A DNA stretch of 64,000 nt from Gammaproteobacteria bacterium. GTDB lineage: Bacteria > Pseudomonadota > Gammaproteobacteria > Burkholderiales > SG8-39. Location: NCBI GenBank assembly GCA_041499655.1, contig JBGQKQ010000001.1, forward strand, positions 255-64,254, read 5' to 3'. The stretch's first letter is position 1, and every line of letters begins with the position of its first letter. Below the pieces are notes generated by a model. It saw nothing but the letters and a program-made list of their open reading frames with translations, searched no databases and was not told where the DNA came from. Made by a program: the position numbers and the translations under genes. Shown one piece after another: positions 60,164-64,000 of the stretch.

Positions 60164-63100
60164 TCAGAGCCCGGAGGCGGTGAAGCTGGAAAAACCGAAG
60201 TCGGTGTTGGCCGCGGGGGCGCGGATGAAAAACCCCATGCCGGGATTGCCCGTCGCGTAGGTCGAATCGGTGGCCTGCGCGATCTGCGTGCCGTTGTAGA
60301 AAACGGTGATCACGTTGCCCACGACCGTCGCCTTCATTACGTCCCCGGTCTTGGGTTTGGGCAGATTCGTGACGCCGCCGATGATGGCAAAGTCGCCGAC
60401 AAGGCCGTTCCATCTGACGATCTGCGCGTACGCGCCCAAGTAGTGCAGGTTGATTTCATAGCCGGTCGCGCTGTGCGCCGAATCCGACCAGCGCAGCAGC
60501 AGTTCGACTTCCCGGCTCTCCGCATCCGTGGCGCTGGTATTGAGAACGATGGTGGCCGAGGCGCTCTGGTCGGCAGGGAAACCCGACAGATAGGCGTAGG
60601 AGTCGTCGTAGTTCCCGTCACCGGCCTGGGTCCCGTGCGCGAAGCCGCCCGCCTTGGCCACGAGCGTCCAGTCCAGCCCGTTGTGCTGCCACGCGCCATT
60701 CTCGGAGATCGGCGTCTCGGTGCCGCTGAAATTGGCAGTGTAGGTGATCGTGCCCGCGCTATTCGCAGAGCAGGCCACGCCGACGCCGGTGACGTTCGCC
60801 CCGCTCACCGTGCCCGTGCCGTTCGACACCGTGCAGGTCTGGCCCGCCGGCTGGCTCGCCACCGTGACGTTGTAGGCGCTGCCGTTGGCGAGCGCGGTGG
60901 TGAAGGTGAAGCCGCTGCTGCCAGTTATCGTGAGATCATTCGCGCCGTTGTCCCTGAGCACCAGAGTTCCCGAAAGCCCGGAGACCGTGCCCTCGACCGT
61001 GAAGGTGTTCACGGCGCAACTCACGCTCACGCTCGTAACGTTCGCTCCGCTCACGCTGCCTGCACCGCTGGCCACCGTGCAGGTCTGGCCCGCAGGCTGG
61101 GTTGCCACCGCGACGTTGTAGGGGCTGCCCGTCTGAAGCGCGGCGGTGAAGGTGAAGTTGCCGTCGCCCGCGATCGAGAGATTGTTCGCACCGTTATTCC
61201 GCAGCACCAGCGTTCCCGCAAGCCCCGAGACCGTCCCTCCCACCGTGAACGTGTTCACCACGCAGGTCACGCTCACGTTCGTGACTTTCGCCCCGCTTAC
61301 CGTGCCCAGGGCGTTGGTCACCGAGCAGGTCTGACCCACCGGTTGAGTCTGCACCGTCACGCTGTAGGAGCTCCCGGTCTGGAGCGCCGTGGAGAAGGTG
61401 AAGGCGGCATTGGCCACGATCGCGAGGTTGTCCGTGCCGTTGTCCTGCAGCACCAGCGTTCCGGCAAGCCCGGAAACCGTGCCGCCCACCGTGAACCTAT
61501 TCGCAACGCAACTCACGCTCACGTTCGTGATACTCGCCCCGGAGATCGTCCCCGTGCCGTTGGCGACGCTGCAGCCCTGGCCCGCGGGCTGCGTCAGCAC
61601 CGTGACGCTGTAGCCGCTGAGGTCGGCAAGCGGAACGCTGAACGTGAACGGCCCGCTTGCGGGAATGCTGAGATTGCTGCCTCCATTGAGTTGCAGGACC
61701 ACCGCGCCCGCGAGGCCCGAGACCGTGCCCCCCACGCTAAAAGTCCTGGTCGCGCAGGTCAGGGCGACACTCGTCACGTTCGCCCCGCCAACCGTGCCCG
61801 CGCCGTTGGTCACGGTGCAAAGCTGGCCCGCCGGCTGGCTCGCCACCGTGATGCTGTAGGAGTTACCGCTCTGAAGAGCGGCAGAGAAGGCGAAAGCGCC
61901 GATGCCCGTGATCGTGAGGTCGTTCGCGCCATTGTTTCTGAGCACCAGAGTCCCCGAAAGCCCGGAGACCGCGCCCCCTACCGTGAACGTATTCGCTGCG
62001 CAGCTCACGCCGACGCTCATGACGTTCGTCCCCGCGAGCGTTCCCGTCCCGCCGGTGATGCTGCAGCCCTGCCCCGCGGGCGGCGAGAGAATCGTCACGC
62101 TGTACACGCTGCGGTCCGCGAGCGGGACGCTGAAAGCAAACGGCCCGTTCGCAGATACGCTGAAGTTGTTGCCCCCGTTGAGCTGCAGCACCAGCGTCCC
62201 CGAAAGCCCGGAGACCGAACCCCCGACGCTGAACGTGTTCGTCGCGCAAGTTACGCTCACGTTCGTAACGTTCGCCCCGCTCACCGTGCCTGCGCCATTG
62301 GCTACCGTGCAGGTCTGGCCCGACGGTTGCGTCAGCATCGCTACGGTATAGCGGGCGTTGTTGGAAACCGCGTCCGGAAACAGGAACGTACCGTTCGCCG
62401 AGAGCGGCAAGGTACTGCCGCCATTGAGTTGAAGTACAACGCTCCCGGCAAGACCTGAAATGGTCCCGCCGACGGTAAAGGTATTTGCAACGCAGCTCAC
62501 ACCGACGTTGGTGACGTTCGCCCCTCCGATCGTTCCCGAGCCGTTGGCGACGCTGCAGCTCTGCCCCGTCGGTTGGGCCAACACCGTGATGCTGTAGCTG
62601 CCGAAGTCGGTCAGCGACGTGTTGAACGTAAACGGGCCGCTTGCAGGTACGCCGAGGTCGTTGCCCCCATTGATCTGCAGCACCACCGTTCCCGTGAGAC
62701 CCGAGACCGCGCCGCCCACGCTGAACGTATTCGATGTGCAAGTCACGGCGACGCTCGTGACATTCGCTCCGCCCACCGTGCCTGTGCCGCTGGCCACCGT
62801 GCAGGTCTGCCCCGCCGGTTGGGTCGCCACCGTGACGTTGTAGGCACTGCCGGGCTGAAGCGCGGTGGGGAAGACGAAGTTGCCGTCGCCCGCGATCGAG
62901 AGATTGTTCGCGCCGTTGTTCCTGAGGACCAGGTTTCCGGAGAGCCCGGCGACCGTCCCGCCCACCGTGAACGTATTCACCACGCAACTCACGCTCACGT
63001 TCGCGACGTTCGCCCCACTCACCATCCCCGTGCCGTTGGCCACCGTGCAGGTCTGGCCCGCCGGCTGCGTCAGCACCGTGACGCTGAAAGGGCTGCCGGT

Positions 63101-64000
63101 CTGAAGTGCCGTGGAGAAGCCGAAGGCGCCGCTGCCTGCGATAGAGAGATCGTCCGTGCCGCTGTCTTGCAGCACCAGAGTCCCGGATAAGCCGGAGACC
63201 GTGCCCCCCACCGCGAACCTATTCGCCGCGCAGCTCACGCCCACGTTCGTGACGTCCGCCCCCGCGAGCGTCCCTGTGCCATTAGCGACACTGCAGCTCT
63301 GCCCGGTCGGTTGCGTCAGCACCGTGACGCCGTAGCTGCTGAGGTCGGCGAGCTTGACTCCGAAAGCAAACCCTCCGCTTGCGGATACCGCGAGATCGTT
63401 GCCTCCGTTGAGCCGCAGGACCACAGTGCCCGCCAGGCCCGAGACCGCGCCCCCAACGCTGAACGTATTCACCGCGCAGGTCACATTCACGCTGTTCACG
63501 ACCGCTCCGCTTACGGTGCCTGCGCCGTTGGCCACCGTGCAGGTCTGACCCACAGGCTGGCTCGCCACCGTGACGCTGTAGGAACTGCCCGTCTGAAGCG
63601 CGGCGGCAAAGGTGAAGTTGCCGTCGCCCGCGATCGAGAGATTGTTCGCGCCGTTGTTCTGCAGCACCAACGTCCCGGCAAGCCCGGAGACGGCGCCGCC
63701 TATGCTGAACGTCCTAGCCGTACAGGTCACGGAGACATTTGTGATCTTCGCCCCGCTCACCGTGCCTGCGCCGTTGGCCACTGTGCATACCTGACCTGTC
63801 GGCTGCGTCAGTACCGTGACGCTGTAGGAGCTCCCGATCTGGAGCGTCGCAGAGAAGGTGAAGGCGGCATTGGCCGCGATCGAAAGGTTGTCCGTGCCGT
63901 TGTCTTGCAGCACCAGCGTGCCGGCAAGCCCGGAAATCCCGCCCCCTACCGTGAACCTGTTCGCGGCGCAACTGATGCTCACGTTCGTGACGCCCGACCC
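60164..64000 (-). CDS. 3' part of a very large repeat protein: Ig-like/beta-sandwich-type 82-aa repeats plus a C-terminal ConA/LamG-like domain (5' end outside the window)
   Basis: The frame is open to the window edge (GSGVTNVSISC continues the repeat). There are 13 complete repeats of consensus F.VGG.VSGL.G.LVL..NG...L.....G.F.F...L..G..Y.VTV..QP.GQ.C.V.NG.GTV.GA.VT.V.V.C. A 199-aa non-repeat C-terminal domain ends GNPGMGFFIRAP...FTASGL. Confidence 0.85.
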   Translation of the reverse strand, partial: GSGVTNVSISCAANRFTVGGGISGLAGTLVLQDNGTDNLSIAANAAFTFSATLQIGSSYSVTVLTQPTGQVCTVANGAGTVSGAKITNVSVTCTARTFSIGGAVSGLAGTLVLQNNGANNLSIAGDGNFTFAAALQTGSSYSVTVASQPVGQTCTVANGAGTVSGAVVNSVNVTCAVNTFSVGGAVSGLAGTVVLRLNGGNDLAVSASGGFAFGVKLADLSSYGVTVLTQPTGQSCSVANGTGTLAGADVTNVGVSCAANRFAVGGTVSGLSGTLVLQDSGTDDLSIAGSGAFGFSTALQTGSPFSVTVLTQPAGQTCTVANGTGMVSGANVANVSVSCVVNTFTVGGTVAGLSGNLVLRNNGANNLSIAGDGNFVFPTALQPGSAYNVTVATQPAGQTCTVASGTGTVGGANVTSVAVTCTSNTFSVGGAVSGLTGTVVLQINGGNDLGVPASGPFTFNTSLTDFGSYSITVLAQPTGQSCSVANGSGTIGGANVTNVGVSCVANTFTVGGTISGLAGSVVLQLNGGSTLPLSANGTFLFPDAVSNNARYTVAMLTQPSGQTCTVANGAGTVSGANVTNVSVTCATNTFSVGGSVSGLSGTLVLQLNGGNNFSVSANGPFAFSVPLADRSVYSVTILSPPAGQGCSITGGTGTLAGTNVMSVGVSCAANTFTVGGAVSGLSGTLVLRNNGANDLTITGIGAFAFSAALQSGNSYSITVASQPAGQLCTVTNGAGTVGGANVTSVALTCATRTFSVGGTVSGLAGAVVLQLNGGSNLSIPASGPFTFSVPLADLSGYSVTVLTQPAGQGCSVANGTGTISGASITNVSVSCVANRFTVGGTVSGLAGTLVLQDNGTDNLAIVANAAFTFSTALQTGSSYSVTVQTQPVGQTCSVTNALGTVSGAKVTNVSVTCVVNTFTVGGTVSGLAGTLVLRNNGANNLSIAGDGNFTFTAALQTGSPYNVAVATQPAGQTCTVASGAGSVSGANVTSVSVSCAVNTFTVEGTVSGLSGTLVLRDNGANDLTITGSSGFTFTTALANGSAYNVTVASQPAGQTCTVSNGTGTVSGANVTGVGVACSANSAGTITYTANFSGTETPISENGAWQHNGLDWTLVAKAGGFAHGTQAGDGNYDDSYAYLSGFPADQSASATIVLNTSATDAESREVELLLRWSDSAHSATGYEINLHYLGAYAQIVRWNGLVGDFAIIGGVTNLPKPKTGDVMKATVVGNVITVFYNGTQIAQATDSTYATGNPGMGFFIRAPAANTDFGFSSFTASGL
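60764..63961 (-). repeat. Coding tandem array: 13 copies of a 246-nt (82-codon) unit, with a further partial copy to the window edge
   Basis: The 3198 nt equal exactly 13 x 246. The repeats fall into three sequence sub-types in the order A B C A B C C C B C A B B, N-terminus to C-terminus. The antisense track ORFs recur with the same period. Confidence 0.88.

Noticed and set aside
60443-62458. 671-aa plus-strand ORF, and the series of 60-150-aa plus-strand ORFs recurring every ~250 nt in 60.4-63.8 kb
   Set aside because: They are the antisense image of the 246-nt coding repeats, which explains their periodicity. The minus-strand frame is uninterrupted for more than 1270 codons and has protein-like repeat conservation.
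60764-63961. Regular tandem repeats considered as a CRISPR-like or satellite array
   Set aside because: The period is 246 nt with no unique spacers. The whole array is one open reading frame with amino-acid-level conservation, so it is a protein repeat rather than CRISPR.

Overview
This is a 64-kb high-GC proteobacterial chromosome segment. The gene order greA-carBA, rlmE-ftsH-folP-glmM, tpiA-secG-tRNA-Leu-nuoA.. suggests a betaproteobacterium; that is inference from synteny, with no search run. All calls come from reading the supplied translations and the DNA. No database search, HMM or GC calculation was run.

Layout:
- 1-8.1 kb: start of the NADH dehydrogenase I operon (nuoA to nuoI) on the minus strand.
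- 8.2-20.1 kb: core housekeeping genes (tRNA-Leu, secG, tpiA, glmM, folP, ftsH, rlmE, yhbY, greA, carBA).
- 20.3-28.2 kb: two unusual signalling modules, separated by dapB, bamE and fur. The first is a PAS histidine kinase translationally coupled to a REC / class III cyclase / Ser-Thr kinase triple fusion. The second is an output-less haem-c DUF3365-HAMP sensor followed by a soluble Ser/Thr kinase with a duplicated C-terminal module.
- 28.2-37.6 kb: mixed housekeeping and envelope genes (dodecin, sixA, OprB porin, SDR, ZIP transporter, pgeF, rluD, bamD, YoaA/DinG helicase, NlpC/P60, TonB-like).
- 37.6-60.1 kb: a surface-polysaccharide locus.
  - Its left part holds standard UDP-sugar enzymes.
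  - Its right part (about 43.7-60.1 kb) looks less GC-rich by eye. It holds the least explicable genes: a URO-D-like protein, a Zn-ribbon double methyltransferase, two non-canonical AsnB-like proteins, an orphan 355-aa protein with Dit1/PvcA-like motif order, a CDP-glucose branch lacking the E1/E3 deoxygenation genes, a membrane protein with an internally duplicated unknown domain, and a flippase interrupted by an in-frame TAG.
- 60.2-64.0 kb: the 3' part of a very large gene, with 13 perfectly phased 82-codon tandem repeats and a ConA/LamG-like C-terminal domain.

I saw no rRNA, CRISPR array, transposase, integrase or phage genes. Many long antisense ORFs in the track are GC-driven artefacts.
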